The notes: generated by a model not told the origin, from the sequence alone. A DNA stretch of 64,000 bases from an uncultured Gemmatimonadaceae bacterium (GCA_963781585.1 CAWAGQ010000004.1:256001-320000), one strand, 5' to 3'. Shown: positions 38,466 through 50,963, counted from the first letter of the stretch. Translations and numbers: made by a program.

Positions 38466-41400
38466 ATGGCGAGTTACGTCGAACGCACCGTTGCGACCGA
38501 TCGCGTCGCTCACGTCGTCCAGCTCCTTCGCCGACGCTGGCGGCTCCGCCATGCCCTGGTGGGCTTGAGCTTCGTGGCGGGCATTTCCATTGCCGCCCTG
38601 TTCATTGCGGCCATGATCATGCAGCGCGCGGGATTCAGCGTCGGCAGCATCACCGGCGCGCGCGTTGTCGTAGCCATGATCGTGCTGGCCGTCGGACTTC
38701 GCTGGGTCGCCTTCCCCCTGCTGCGTCGGGTGCCCGACAAACGCGTGGCGCTGTACGCGGAAGAGAGGTTGCCCGCGTTGGATGGCGCGCTCATCAGCGC
38801 GGTGGAGGCGGGTGCCCCTGAGGCCCCCGAAGAGCTACGTACCGGCGGACTGCTGGCTGGTCTGATACAGGACGCGATCCGACGCCTTCGCCCCCATCGC
38901 GACGGCGCGACAGTGGAAGAGGATGCAATCCGACGGGCGGGCTTTGCCTTTTCCGGCATCGTGGCAATTGGCGTTGCCCTGTTCGTCCTGGGACCGGCCT
39001 ATGTCCGCCATGGCGTTTCCCTCATCGCCACGCCGTGGCGCAGTGCCGCAGCGGGCGCGCCGTATGCCATCGCCGTGGCTCCCGGGAATGCCAACGTCCC
39101 GAAGGGCGCCGATCAGCAGATCTCGGCCGAGTTGCGTGGCTTCAGCAGCGAGATGGTTGAGCTGGTGACGCGGCGTGGTGCGACCGCGGACTGGGAACGG
39201 ATTCCGATGGGGGCGGCCGGTGACTCGGTGCGCTTCACGGCGCGGCTGTTCGATGTTGCCACCGATGTCGAGTACTTCGTCGAATCCAACGGGGTACGCT
39301 CGGGCGTCTTCCGGCTCACCGTGAAGAACCTGCCGGCGGTGCGGCGCGTGGATCTCGACCTGCGATACCCGACCTATACCGGACTCGCGCCGGAGCACAT
39401 CGACGACAGTGGAGACATCGCCGCGCTCGTTGGTACACGGGTGCGGGTGAGTGTGCGCAGCACCCTCCCCGTACGAGGGGGGGGGCTGGTGGTCGAGGGC
39501 GACGCCGCCTTCCCACTACAGCGCACCGACGACAGCACGCTGGTCGGCGAGCTCGTGGTCAAGCGCGACGGCTTTTATCGCATCGAACTGGAGGCGCCTG
39601 ACGGGACCAAGGTTGCCGGGTCGGTCGATTACGTCATCGACGCCATCGCAGATCAACCGCCCACAGTGCGGATCAGCAAACCGGGACGCGACATCCGGCC
39701 GACCAATGTGGAGGAGGTGTTCGTCGAGGTGCAGGCCACGGATGACTACGGCGTGGGAAAGGTGGAAATGGTCTACTCAGTGAACGGTGGCGAGGAGAAG
39801 TCGCTGGTGCTCAACGACAGCAGCGCGGCTTCTTCGAAGGATGTCGTCGCCGGCCATACGTTCTTTCTGGAGGAGCTATCCCTGCAGGCGGGCGACGTGG
39901 TTTCATACTACGCCCGCGCCCGCGATGCCAATACCGCCAACGCCGGTAAGGCGGCGACGAGCGACATCTACTTCATGACCGTCCGACCGTTCGGTCGAGA
40001 CTATCGTCAGAATCAGCAGGGTGGTGGGGGTGGTGGTGGCGGCGGCGAGAATCCGGGTGCGCTCACGCAGCAACAGCGGAACATCGTCGCGGCCACCTTC
40101 AAGACGGAACGGGATCGTCCAACCACACCGGCCACCGAATTCAAGGAAGATGTCACGACCATCCTTCTCTCGGAGGGGAAGCTGCGTGGGCAGGTGGAGC
40201 AATTGGCCACGCGGATGAATCGACCGGTCGTGCAGCAGGCCGACACGGGATTCCGCGTCATATACCAGTACCTCTCGAAGGCGGCCGAAGAGATGAAGGC
40301 GGCCGAGGAAGATCTCGGCAAGCGGGACACCAAGGAAGCCCTCTCGCCCGAACAGCGGGCGCTCCAGAACCTGGAGCGCGCGGAAGCCGTCTACCGCGAC
40401 GTGCAAGTGAGCATGGGCGGCGGCGGTGGCGGTGGTGGCGGCGGGAGTCAGGCCAACGCAGAGGATCTCGCGAATCTGTTCGAGCTGGAAACGGACAAGC
40501 TCCGGAATCAGTACGAGCAGGTGCAGCGCGATCAGCAGCAGAGTGCCAATGCCGAGGTGGATGCCACGCTTGAACGCCTGAAGCAGCTCGCGGCGCGCCA
40601 GCAGCAGGAGAACGAACGCGCGCGCCAACGAGCGCAGAACATGGCCCAGGGAGGAAGCGGAGGCGGTGGCGGTCAGCGACAGCTGGCCGACGAAACGGAA
40701 AACATGGCGCGTCAGCTGGAACGCCTTGCCCGCGAGCAGCAGTCTCAGGAACTGGCGGAGAGCGCGCGCCGGTTGCAGGAAGCAGCCAACGAGATGCGGC
40801 GTTCGGCCTCCTCGCAGAGTTCGCAGGCTGGCGCATCGGGCGCGTCGGCCCTGGATCGACTCGAGAACGCGCGGCGCCTGCTGGAGGAGGGGCGTACCTC
40901 CGCCCGGACCGCGGGGGTCAAGGATGCGGCGCGTCGCGCCGCGGACCTGGCGCGACAGGAACGCGACGTGGCCGAAGGCGTGAAGGACCTGCCTGCAGCT
41001 GGGGCGAATCGCGCCGAGCGCGAACAGCGGCTCGATCAGCGCAAGGAGCAGATGGCGAACGATGTGCAGCAGCTCCAGAACGATCTCGATCAGATGGGTC
41101 GCGAAACGCGACGAGATCAGCCGGAGACGTCGCGCCAACTTCAGGACGCCGCGGCCCGAATGCGCGACGGCCGTCTGCGCGACCGCATTCAGTACTCGAG
41201 GGGTGTCATGCGGCAGGGTTCTCCCGACTACGTTCGCACGTTCGAGGGACAGATCCAGGAGGACCTCGACTCTCTGAGTGCCCGTCTGGCGCAAGCGGCC
41301 AGCGGCGCCGGCACGAACGCCCAGCGGAACGCCGACGCCACCCTCAACCATGCCCGCGATCTCGTTCGCGGCCTGGCTTCGATCGATGATCGGATGCGCG

Positions 41401-42169
41401 CACGCGAATCAGGCACGGCCGCAGGACGCCAACCTGGGGATCAACGACTCGCGCCTGACACGCTGGCACGCCAAGGCGACAGGGCCAGCAGGGTCAGGGC
41501 CAGCAGGGTCAGGGCCAGCAGGGTCAGGGCCAACAGGGTCAGGGCCAGCAGGGTCAGGGCCAACAGGGTCAGGGCCAACAGGGTCAGGGCCAACAGGGTC
41601 AGGGCCAGCAGGGTCAGGGACAACAGGGTCAGGGCCAGCAGGGTCAGGGGCGGGGTCAAGGACAGGGTCAGGGCCAGCAGGGGGGACAGGCCCAGGGCGG
41701 AGGTGGAGGTGGTCAGCGATCCGGCCAGGGCAGTCCCTCAGCGACCGGGTCGAGGACGGGGCGGCCGGGAACGCCCGGAGGGTCTGGTGGGGGAGTTGCA
41801 GCGGGTCCCTATAGCGCCGAGGACGTTCGCCAGTTCTCGCGGGAGTTGCAGAATCAACGGCAGGCCGCTGAAGCGTTGCGGCGCGACCTGCAGCGCGAGG
41901 GACGCGATGTTTCCGACCTCAACCGCCTCATCGAGGGGTTGCGACAGCTGGAATCGCAGAAAGCCTTCAATGACCCGGAGGGGTTGGAGCACTTGAGGTC
42001 CGCCGTGGTGGAGGGGTTCAAGGAGTTCGAATTCGGCCTGCGCCGGCAACTGGCCGGAGCCGACAAGGACCGACCGGTTCTCGGCGGGAGCGAGGATGTA
42101 CCGCAGGGCTATCGCGACATGGTTAACGAGTACTTCAAGTCGCTCTCGAAGCGTCCGCCCAAGCCGTGA
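38466..42169 (+). CDS. DUF4175-like large membrane/coiled-coil protein, 1-bp frameshift near 41479
   Basis: TMs, Ig-like region, DDYG motif, Q-rich coils; the shifted frame gives (QGQQG)n and the conserved VPQGYRDMVNEYFKSL end. Confidence 0.8.
41480..41644 (+). repeat. 15-bp tandem repeat x11 (CAGGGCCARCAGGGT) encoding QGQQG
   Basis: 11 consecutive units counted directly. Confidence 0.93.
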
Positions 42170-42293
42170 GTACGCTGCGCCTTCCTCTGCGGTGTCACCG
42201 CTGCCAGAGGAGGTGTAGCTTGTGGCCGATGGCCACGCTCGCTCACGATTCGGCGGGAAGTGGTCGGGGTTGGTGCTTCACCGAGGAGGATCC

Positions 42294-42830
42294 ATGACCG
42301 CTGCAGCTCAGGACGTGCGGACCCAGCGTCCCACCGGCGACGAGTACGCGCCGTATTTCGACCGCTACATCGCGAAAGTGAACCCTGGCGACGTGGTGCG
42401 GCAGCTCGAGGCACAAAGCTCAGCGACCATCGAGCTCCTCCGGTCCATCCCCGAAGAACGGGGGGGACATCGATATGCGGACGGGAAATGGAGCATCCGG
42501 GAGGTAGTGGGCCACATCTGCGATAGCGAACGGGTGTTCGTCTACCGCGCCATGCGGTTTGCCAGGGGCGATGACACACCGCTGGCCGGCTTTGACGAAA
42601 ACGCGTTCGTTGCGAATTCTCGCCTCGACACCCGTACCCTGGCGAGCCTGATCGCCGAGTTCGACGCCGTGCGCATGGCGTCGGTGGCGTTCTTCGACAG
42701 CCTGGACGCCGGTGAGTGGATGAGGCGTGGGCTGGCGAATGACCGCGAGATGTCAGTGCGCGCTCTCGCCTGGACGACGGCTGGACATGAGCTGCATCAC
42801 CGGGAGATTCTGCGCACGCGGTATCTGTAG
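42294..42830 (+). CDS. DinB-family protein
   Basis: YADGKWSIREVVGHICDSERVF...AGHELHH; GAGGAGG RBS. Confidence 0.88.
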   Translation: MTAAAQDVRTQRPTGDEYAPYFDRYIAKVNPGDVVRQLEAQSSATIELLRSIPEERGGHRYADGKWSIREVVGHICDSERVFVYRAMRFARGDDTPLAGFDENAFVANSRLDTRTLASLIAEFDAVRMASVAFFDSLDAGEWMRRGLANDREMSVRALAWTTAGHELHHREILRTRYL

Positions 42831-42881
42831 CAGGTGGCGGCGACGCTGGCCGCGCACGTTCGGCGGCCTCAATTTCCTGCG

Positions 42882-43901
42882 ATGACATCACGCATGGACG
42901 AGCCCGCGACGCAGGCCCCGCCCCGCACACCTGACGAAGACGAGCGGGACCTCGGCTTTGGCGCGGTCGTGTCGCGCGCGAGCCGCATGCGCCTGCTGAA
43001 CCGCGATGGGACGTTCAACGTCCAGCGCCGCGGGCTCTCGTGGTTCGGCTCGCTCAGTGCCTTCCACTGGCTCCTCGCGATGTCGTGGAGCCGGTTCTTC
43101 GTTGTGGTGGCGACATTCTATCTCGCGTCGAACGCGGCATTCGCCGGGTTGTACGCCGCCTGCGGACCTCTCGCGATCGTCGCCCCTGTCGGCGAAGGGC
43201 CCATGAGCCTGTACGCCCGAGCCTTCTTCTTCAGTGTTCAGACTCTGGCGACCATCGGATACGGTCACATTCATCCCGTGGGCATGACGGCGAATGTACT
43301 GGTGACCATCGAGAGCCTTTTCGGGCTGATGGGGTTCGCCCTCGTCACCGGAATTCTGTTTGCGCGCTTCTCGCGGCCCACGGCACGGATTCTGTTCTCG
43401 GAACGAGCGGTCGTCGCTCCACACGCGGGAGGGGCCGCGCTGATGTTCCGGATCGTGAATGGGCGACGCACGGAGCTGATCGAAGTGGACGTCCGTGTCG
43501 TCATGTCGCGATTCGAGACGTTCAACGGAAACAGGCGCCGCCAGTATCATCGGATCCATCTGGAGCGGAACGACGTGGTGTTCTTCCCGCTGGGTCTCAC
43601 CCTGGTCCATCCCATCGACGAGAAGAGTCCCTTGTTTGGTGTTTCGCCGAGCGAACTCGATGACAGCGAAGCGGAGTTTCTCGTTCTGATCCGCGCTATC
43701 GACGAGGGCATGTCGCAGACCGTGCACGCCCGGACCTCGTATCGTGCTCACGAGATCACGTGGGGAGCGAAGTTCGTCAGTCTGTTCGACCAGCCCGACG
43801 ATGGCCGCCTGGTGGCCATCGATGTCGAGAAGCTCCACTTGGTGGAGAGCGCTCCCATCCCGTCTTTCGCGGCGCCGCCGTCGACGCCGCCGGCGACCTG
43901 A
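42882..43901 (+). CDS. Inward-rectifier potassium channel (KirBac family)
   Basis: FFFSVQTLATIGYG filter, FARFSRP, LMFRIVN, HPIDEKSPL. Confidence 0.92.
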   Translation: MTSRMDEPATQAPPRTPDEDERDLGFGAVVSRASRMRLLNRDGTFNVQRRGLSWFGSLSAFHWLLAMSWSRFFVVVATFYLASNAAFAGLYAACGPLAIVAPVGEGPMSLYARAFFFSVQTLATIGYGHIHPVGMTANVLVTIESLFGLMGFALVTGILFARFSRPTARILFSERAVVAPHAGGAALMFRIVNGRRTELIEVDVRVVMSRFETFNGNRRRQYHRIHLERNDVVFFPLGLTLVHPIDEKSPLFGVSPSELDDSEAEFLVLIRAIDEGMSQTVHARTSYRAHEITWGAKFVSLFDQPDDGRLVAIDVEKLHLVESAPIPSFAAPPSTPPAT

Positions 43902-44081
43902 CGCGCCGCGGCGAGTCGACCTCGGGTGGACAACGGCCTGATTAACGAATGGCGGACGGCCAGGTGCCAAGTACGGGTTCGGTCCCCGAATGTGCGTGGC
44001 GGATCGACCGTCGGGCGCCAACCCGCTCACTAGATTTGCCGGGACGAAGCCGTTCTGTCTCACCCTCCCATCAAGCCAGGA

Positions 44082-44606
44082 ATGACCGACCCGCGCTACC
44101 CGATCGGCCAGTTCGTACCTCCTGAGGCCTTCACCAGGGAATGGCGTCAGGGTGCGATCGAGACGATCGCGCAAACGCCCGCCCGACTTCGCGGTGCCAT
44201 CGCCGGACTGAATGCGGTTCAACTCGGCACACCCTATCGCGACGGAGGTTGGACGGTGCGGCAGGTGGTTCACCATGTGCCGGATAGTCACGTGAACGCA
44301 TACGTCCGTCTCAAGCTGGCGCTTACCGAGGACACGCCCACGATCAGGCCCTATGCGGAGTCGCTGTGGGCCGGACTTGCGGATTCCGCAACCGTTCCAG
44401 TGGAGACCTCCCTCACGCTCCTCGACGCGCTGCACACACGATGGGTGGCGTTGTTGCGCGAGATGACAGTGGCGGATTTCGAGCGACAGTACCAGCATCC
44501 GGAAACGGGTCGTCACTCGCTCAACTACCTGCTGGCGCTGTACGCGTGGCACGGTCCGCACCATACGGCGCACATCACGCAGCTGCGAAGGACGCGGGGA
44601 TGGTGA
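44082..44606 (+). CDS. YfiT/BstA-like DinB-superfamily thiol transferase
   Basis: RYPIG, PYRDGGWTVRQVVHHVPDSH, YAWHGPHHTAHI. Confidence 0.9.
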   Translation: MTDPRYPIGQFVPPEAFTREWRQGAIETIAQTPARLRGAIAGLNAVQLGTPYRDGGWTVRQVVHHVPDSHVNAYVRLKLALTEDTPTIRPYAESLWAGLADSATVPVETSLTLLDALHTRWVALLREMTVADFERQYQHPETGRHSLNYLLALYAWHGPHHTAHITQLRRTRGW

Positions 44607-44951
44607 GTTCAGCGGACACGTCCTTGACGGCTCGTCGGTCAGAGTGGGCCCGCATCCTGTGCTCCGACATCTGGTGCGTGGATGCGAGGCGGCGAGCGAC
44701 CTCCAGCGCATCCCGGGGAACGAGAGTTGGTTCGCATTACCTCGTCCGGACCGATCCAGACCACGCCGGCGCGGAGGCGACGTCATCTGCTCGGGACAGG
44801 GCAGTGTCCGGCAAAGTGGACGAAAAGAGGATGTTGGGGCAAAGATGCCTATGATGGCGGGTGGCCCGGGGCATGCACTTCGCACAGATTGGTAACGGGG
44901 CAATTGGCCGCCCTCTCTCCGACGCAGTTCATCATGAGGTCAGGAGGAAGC

Positions 44952-45596
44952 ATGCGGGTAACAGCCTGGCGTGCAACCGCTCCACTGTTGATCGCTGCCG
45001 TGATCTCCTGCGGTCGCGATGGGACGAGCGCGAAGGCAAAGCCGGGAGACGACCTCCGTCGCGATCTCGCGGCCGCGTCGGCGGCCAGTGTACAGCTGGC
45101 GACCGACGCGCAGAGCTACCAGGCCACGCGGGTCGTCTCCGATCTCGAGCAGTCGGAGAGAGCCGTTCCGGTGACGCGCGCACCTGTTCCGCGGCCGGTG
45201 GTGCAGAGACACACGGATGTCGCCCCCCAAGAGGAAAAGGCGCCCGATCCGAGTCCCCAGGTCGCGGTCGACGCCCCGACGGCGCCCGAGCCGCAGCAGC
45301 CTCAAGTGGCCACCAACGACGCGCCTACAGTTCCGACGGTAGCACCTCGTCCGTCTCCCGTGCCGGTGGAGTATCCCGCATCTTCTGGCCGACAAGGCGA
45401 AGGCGGGGGTGCTGACGGGAGAACGGGCCCAGGTTCAGGTATCGGAGGGATCATCGGCGTGATCATTCGCGGTGGGGGAATCGGGGGCGACGATCATTGC
45501 GTGCCGAATACGCGCGGTCGTCCTGGGTGGCCCGCGCTCCCGCACCCGAATCCGATTCCGAGGCGAGGAGGACGGATAATCCGCCCGCGCCGGTAA
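44952..45596 (+). CDS. Pro-rich hypothetical lipoprotein
   Basis: AGGAGG RBS; lipobox VISC; DDLRRDLAAA; GVIIRGGGIGGDDHC. Confidence 0.7.
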   Translation: MRVTAWRATAPLLIAAVISCGRDGTSAKAKPGDDLRRDLAAASAASVQLATDAQSYQATRVVSDLEQSERAVPVTRAPVPRPVVQRHTDVAPQEEKAPDPSPQVAVDAPTAPEPQQPQVATNDAPTVPTVAPRPSPVPVEYPASSGRQGEGGGADGRTGPGSGIGGIIGVIIRGGGIGGDDHCVPNTRGRPGWPALPHPNPIPRRGGRIIRPRR

Positions 45597-45631
45597 GCTC
45601 AAACGATCGAGGCGCATCGGCAGCGCGCACG

Positions 45632-45660
45632 AAGGGCCGGTTCTTGACGAACCGGCCCTT
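45632..45660. terminator. Hairpin between convergent genes
   Basis: AAGGGCCGGTTC-ttgac-GAACCGGCCCTT. Confidence 0.75.
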
Positions 45661-45686
45661 GGTTTGTCCGCCCTGGTCGTTCCACG

Positions 45687-46088
45687 TCAGATGGGAGGGC
45701 GGGATCCGATTATCTGAATCCTGGTCGGAAACGTGACGGAGGGCGGAATCGTCAACTCGACCTCGTCTCCCGGTGAGACCACGATCTTGTCGGAAATCGG
45801 TTCCACGCGCGAGCCGATCGGATCGGCGAGGAACTGGAGCGATGTCGCACCAAACACGTACTGCGCCGGGATGACCAACCTGGTCCTGGTCTCGCTCCTC
45901 GCGGTGCCCAGTCGAATGCGCTGGCCGCCGTATAACAGGTAGATGTTGTGCTCGAGCCAGTTCTGGTTGTTCACCACCAGAGTAGTTACCTCCTGACCCT
46001 CGGGGTTCCGGTACCTGTTCGACGCGCAGGCGGCGAGGGAAGCGCCCAGTGCGGCCAGTCCAAGTACCCGGCCTGTAAGTCTGCGCAT
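45687..46088 (-). CDS. Hypothetical lipoprotein
   Basis: Lipobox LAAC; beta-rich domain VNNQNWLEHNIY...RIRLG. Confidence 0.8.
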   Translation of the reverse strand: MRRLTGRVLGLAALGASLAACASNRYRNPEGQEVTTLVVNNQNWLEHNIYLLYGGQRIRLGTARSETRTRLVIPAQYVFGATSLQFLADPIGSRVEPISDKIVVSPGDEVELTIPPSVTFPTRIQIIGSRPPI

Positions 46089-46348
46089 GAATTCTCCTGA
46101 AGAGGGAATCGTCTCTCCCCCGAGTGACTACCGAAATCCCCGGGCCTTGTTCCTGCCACGCAGCCAACCCAAGGCGCGCAGTCACATTGTGTAGCGTACG
46201 CAAGCGCTGAGCAATTGAACAGCCCTGCCTGCGTCCGCAGCCGCAATTCTGCGCCGGAACGCCTCGGCTGGCATTCGCCTCGCGCACCTCGCATCTTGCG
46301 CCACCCTGGTCGAGAGTAACAGGCGATACCCGAGCCCTGGAGACAGTC

Positions 46349-46783
46349 GTGCTGACGAAGGAACATCCGGATCATCATGATGCGGAGCTCGTGCTGCGGC
46401 TCTACGATTTGCGGCGCGAGCCAACCATGCGGGAGTCGCGCTCCGCGGTGCACACGAAGTACTGGCCGAAGAATGCTGACGAGGCTGTGGCGGTTCTCGA
46501 GTCCGGCCATCCCATCAATGCCGCCTTTCGCCAGGTCGTCACGTACTGGGAGATGGTCTACGGCATGGCCAAGTGGGGAATCATTCATCCGGATTTCATG
46601 ATCGAGAGTTCGAGTGAGGGACTCCTGGTCTTCGCCAAGGCCGAGCCACATCTCGACCGCATTCGCCAGTCGCACCCGACGTATTTCACCAACACCGAGT
46701 GGGTGGTCGAGCACAGCGCCGTTGCCCTCAAGGCCCTGGAACGCTACAGGGTTCGTGTGAAGCGTGCGCTGGAGTCGAAGTGA
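46349..46783 (+). CDS. Conserved hypothetical protein (DUF4760-like)
   Basis: DAELVLRLYDLRREPTMRESR...YWEMVY pattern. Confidence 0.75.
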   Translation: MLTKEHPDHHDAELVLRLYDLRREPTMRESRSAVHTKYWPKNADEAVAVLESGHPINAAFRQVVTYWEMVYGMAKWGIIHPDFMIESSSEGLLVFAKAEPHLDRIRQSHPTYFTNTEWVVEHSAVALKALERYRVRVKRALESK

Positions 46784-46856
46784 GCAGGACAGCGCCGTGG
46801 CAGCAGTCGGCTCAGGAGCCGGATGCAACACGTTCCCGCCGGCGTGGCGTGTGAGG

Positions 46857-47765
46857 GTGGCGGTGTCAGCGCAGACAGCTTCCCGCGTCAGGAGTTTGCG
46901 CGCGGTTCTGGCGGGCACGATTGACTATGCGGGACTGTTCCCACCGGGGTCGTTGCCGATGGAGCAGGCGGTGCGCGAGTATGTGCGCTCGGCAGCCGGT
47001 GATGACGCGTGGGCACTGGGGCGCTTCGTTGTGCCGGCGCATCGGCTCGACGAGTTGCAACGCCACATCGCGGCTGGCGCTCCACGAATACCTCTGAGCG
47101 TTCTGGTCGGCCCGGACGTCGCGGACGACGTCGCACGCGTGGTGGTACATCGCGAACGGTTCGGTGCGCGCGCCCCCGTCGACTGTATGGAAGCGCGCGC
47201 CGCTACCGTCGACGAGGTGCACGGTCTCGGCGGACTACTGCCGTCCGACACGGATCGATTCATCGAGGTATCACCGGTCCAGGAGATCGATGCGCTGCTG
47301 GCCGCCGTGCGCGGAATCAGTGCCGGGGCGAAAATCAGAATGGGTGGTATCGTCGACGGCGCGTTCCCGGCCCCGGGCGAGGTCCTGCGATTTCTGCGCG
47401 GCTGCCGGTCGCACGGCCTTCGGTTCAAGGCGACGGCGGGGCTGCATCATCCAGTGCGGGGAGAATTCCGCCTTACCTATGCGGCAGACAGCCCGTACGG
47501 GACCATGTTCGGATATCTCAACCTGATTCTCGCCGGAGCATTCCTCTGGTCCGGTGCATCGGACACGATCGTACTTGGCGTGCTGACGGAGCGATCTGCG
47601 AGCGCATTCAGTTTCTCGGATGCGCGCGTGTCGTGGCGGAAGGTCGACCTGTCGGTGGAGGCGATCGAGTCGGCGCGCCACGAATTCGTGGCCAGCATAG
47701 GCTCCTGCTCGTTCCGGGAGCCACTGGAGGAAGGGAAAGGACTCCTGTCGGCGCAGCGGGAATGA
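46857..47765 (+). CDS. Conserved hypothetical protein upstream of fahA
   Basis: IDYAGLFPP, AKIRMGG, FKATAGLHHP, IGSCSFREP motifs; ATGA overlap with fahA. Confidence 0.8.
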   Translation: MAVSAQTASRVRSLRAVLAGTIDYAGLFPPGSLPMEQAVREYVRSAAGDDAWALGRFVVPAHRLDELQRHIAAGAPRIPLSVLVGPDVADDVARVVVHRERFGARAPVDCMEARAATVDEVHGLGGLLPSDTDRFIEVSPVQEIDALLAAVRGISAGAKIRMGGIVDGAFPAPGEVLRFLRGCRSHGLRFKATAGLHHPVRGEFRLTYAADSPYGTMFGYLNLILAGAFLWSGASDTIVLGVLTERSASAFSFSDARVSWRKVDLSVEAIESARHEFVASIGSCSFREPLEEGKGLLSAQRE

Positions 47766-49078
47766 ACGACACGCATCGTCCTGACCTGGCATCGTGGGTC
47801 GACGCCGCGCATGACGACGGCACCGACTTTCCACTCCAGAACCTGCCGCTCGGCGTGTTCAGACCTCGCGGTGCGGGGGAACCCTGGCGCGTCGGGACGG
47901 CTATCGGAGATGCGGTCTTCGACGTTGCCGCGGCCGCGCGCAATGGCCTGCTGGTTGGCGACGCCGCTCGTGCCGGTGCGCGGTGCGCTGCCGACTCCCT
48001 GAATGGCGTGATGGCGCTGGGCCCGGCTGCCTGGCGCGCCCTGCGCTCGCAATTGAGTCTATTGCTTCGTGGTGACACACCCGAGGGGGCGCGCGCCAGG
48101 CGGTTGAAGGGCGCCCTCCTGCACGCCCGCGCGGACATCGAGCTGTCGCTACCCGCCGCCGCAGGGGACTACACCGACTTCTACGCCTCCGTGCACCATG
48201 CCACGAACGTGGGGCGCATGCTGCGACCGGACAATCCGCTTCTGCCGAACTACAAGTGGGTGCCGATCGGATATCACGGCCGATCCTCGTCGCTCGTCCT
48301 GAGCGGGACATCGGTGCGCCGACCATGGGGACAGATCAATCCTGACGGCAACGACCCCGTGTTTGCGCCGAGCGCCCGACTCGACTACGAAGCGGAGATC
48401 GGATTCTTCGTTGGCGATGGCAACACGCTCGGCCACCCGATTCCGGTGGAGCGTGCCGACGAGCACATCTTCGGGGCGTGCATCGTGAACGACTGGTCAG
48501 CCCGCGACATTCAGGCGTGGGAATACCAGCCTTTGGGGCCGTTCCTCGCGAAGAGCTTCGCGACCTCCATTTCACCCTGGGTGGTCACGACCGAAGCACT
48601 CGAGCCCTTTCGCGTTGGTGTGGCGGCGCGCGAGCCGGGAGATCCGCAACCGCTCCCCTATCTTTCGTGGCCAGATCTCACCGTCCGGGGAGCGATCGCG
48701 GTCCAGATCGAGGTGTTCCTCAGCACGGCGCGCATGCGCGAACTGCAACTCGCCCCAGTGCGCCTTTCCAGCGGCAATCTGGCCGACATGTACTGGACTC
48801 CCGGCCAGCTCGTAGCGCACCATACCAGTAACGGATGCAATCTGCGGGCGGGCGACCTGATCGCGAGCGGAACCGTGTCGGGGCCAGATCGAGACTCGCG
48901 CGGTTGCCTGCTCGAACTGACCTGGCGCGGCACTGAACCGCTGCGGCTTCCGTCGGGTGAGGAGCGCAGGTTTCTCGAGGACGGCGATGAAGTGGTCATG
49001 CGCGCCTGGTGCGAACGCGAGGGGGCCGTGCGGATTGGCTTTGGGGACTGCACGGGTTCGATCTTGCCGGCCGCGTGA
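47762..49078 (+). CDS. fahA: Fumarylacetoacetase
   Basis: FPLQNLPLGVF, DYTDFYAS..HATNVG, GYHGRSSS, NDWSARDIQAWEYQPLGPF. Confidence 0.96.
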   Translation: MNDTHRPDLASWVDAAHDDGTDFPLQNLPLGVFRPRGAGEPWRVGTAIGDAVFDVAAAARNGLLVGDAARAGARCAADSLNGVMALGPAAWRALRSQLSLLLRGDTPEGARARRLKGALLHARADIELSLPAAAGDYTDFYASVHHATNVGRMLRPDNPLLPNYKWVPIGYHGRSSSLVLSGTSVRRPWGQINPDGNDPVFAPSARLDYEAEIGFFVGDGNTLGHPIPVERADEHIFGACIVNDWSARDIQAWEYQPLGPFLAKSFATSISPWVVTTEALEPFRVGVAAREPGDPQPLPYLSWPDLTVRGAIAVQIEVFLSTARMRELQLAPVRLSSGNLADMYWTPGQLVAHHTSNGCNLRAGDLIASGTVSGPDRDSRGCLLELTWRGTEPLRLPSGEERRFLEDGDEVVMRAWCEREGAVRIGFGDCTGSILPAA

Positions 49079-49165
49079 GGGCTCCGCAGCGGGCTCAAGG
49101 GGCGGGCGCTTCAGCGACGCAGTGGTGTCGCGGCATAGAATCTCATTCTGAGGAGGGAATCGGGC

Positions 49166-49540
49166 ATGCAACTCGTGGAGACGGGCAGGGCGCCGGCGCC
49201 CGGTGGCCACTACTCGCAGGCCGTCGTTCACAACGGATTCGTGTTCGTCGCCGGGCAGCTTCCCATTGAGCCCGGTGCTCAGGCACCTCGTCCGGGCTCG
49301 ATCAGGGAGCAGACGGTGCAGGCGCTGCGAAACGTGCAGGCGATCCTCGAGGCGGCAGGGAGCGGCCTCGATCGCGTCGTGCAGATGACGATCTACGTGT
49401 CGGACATGTCGCTCTGGAGCGAGGTGAACGCGGCCTACGCGGACATCATGGGAGCGCATCGTCCGGCACGCGCGGTCGTGCCGGTCAAGGACCTTCACTA
49501 CGGCTACCAGCTCGAGGTGCAGGTGATCGCGGCGGTTTAG
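49166..49540 (+). CDS. ridA: RidA/YjgF/UK114 family deaminase
   Basis: GHYSQA, AGQLP, PARAVV. Confidence 0.9.
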   Translation: MQLVETGRAPAPGGHYSQAVVHNGFVFVAGQLPIEPGAQAPRPGSIREQTVQALRNVQAILEAAGSGLDRVVQMTIYVSDMSLWSEVNAAYADIMGAHRPARAVVPVKDLHYGYQLEVQVIAAV

Positions 49541-49571
49541 CCCAGAGACCGACAGACCGGTCGAGGCCGCG

Positions 49572-50810
<1,239 letters not shown>

Positions 50811-50963
50811 GAGATGAGGGGCGGAGGATAGGGAACGAAGAACGGGACGCGGGCGTCCCACTCGGATGGGGCGAACGTTGGAATCAAGGGTGGTGAACGG
50901 CCATCAGGGAATACGCGACAGCCGAAATCGACAAGCCGGGGCCGCGGGTCCGCTGATGTCCTG

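Noticed and set aside
41480..41644. Tandem repeat as a CRISPR array
   Set aside because: Contiguous 15-bp units without spacers, inside a CDS, and no cas genes nearby
41441..41659. (LTLLA)n membrane-like ORF on the minus strand
   Set aside because: Antisense translation of the QGQQG repeat
47009..47761. N-terminal extension making a 689-aa FahA
   Set aside because: Overlaps the upstream gene in another frame; the true start is ATG 47762
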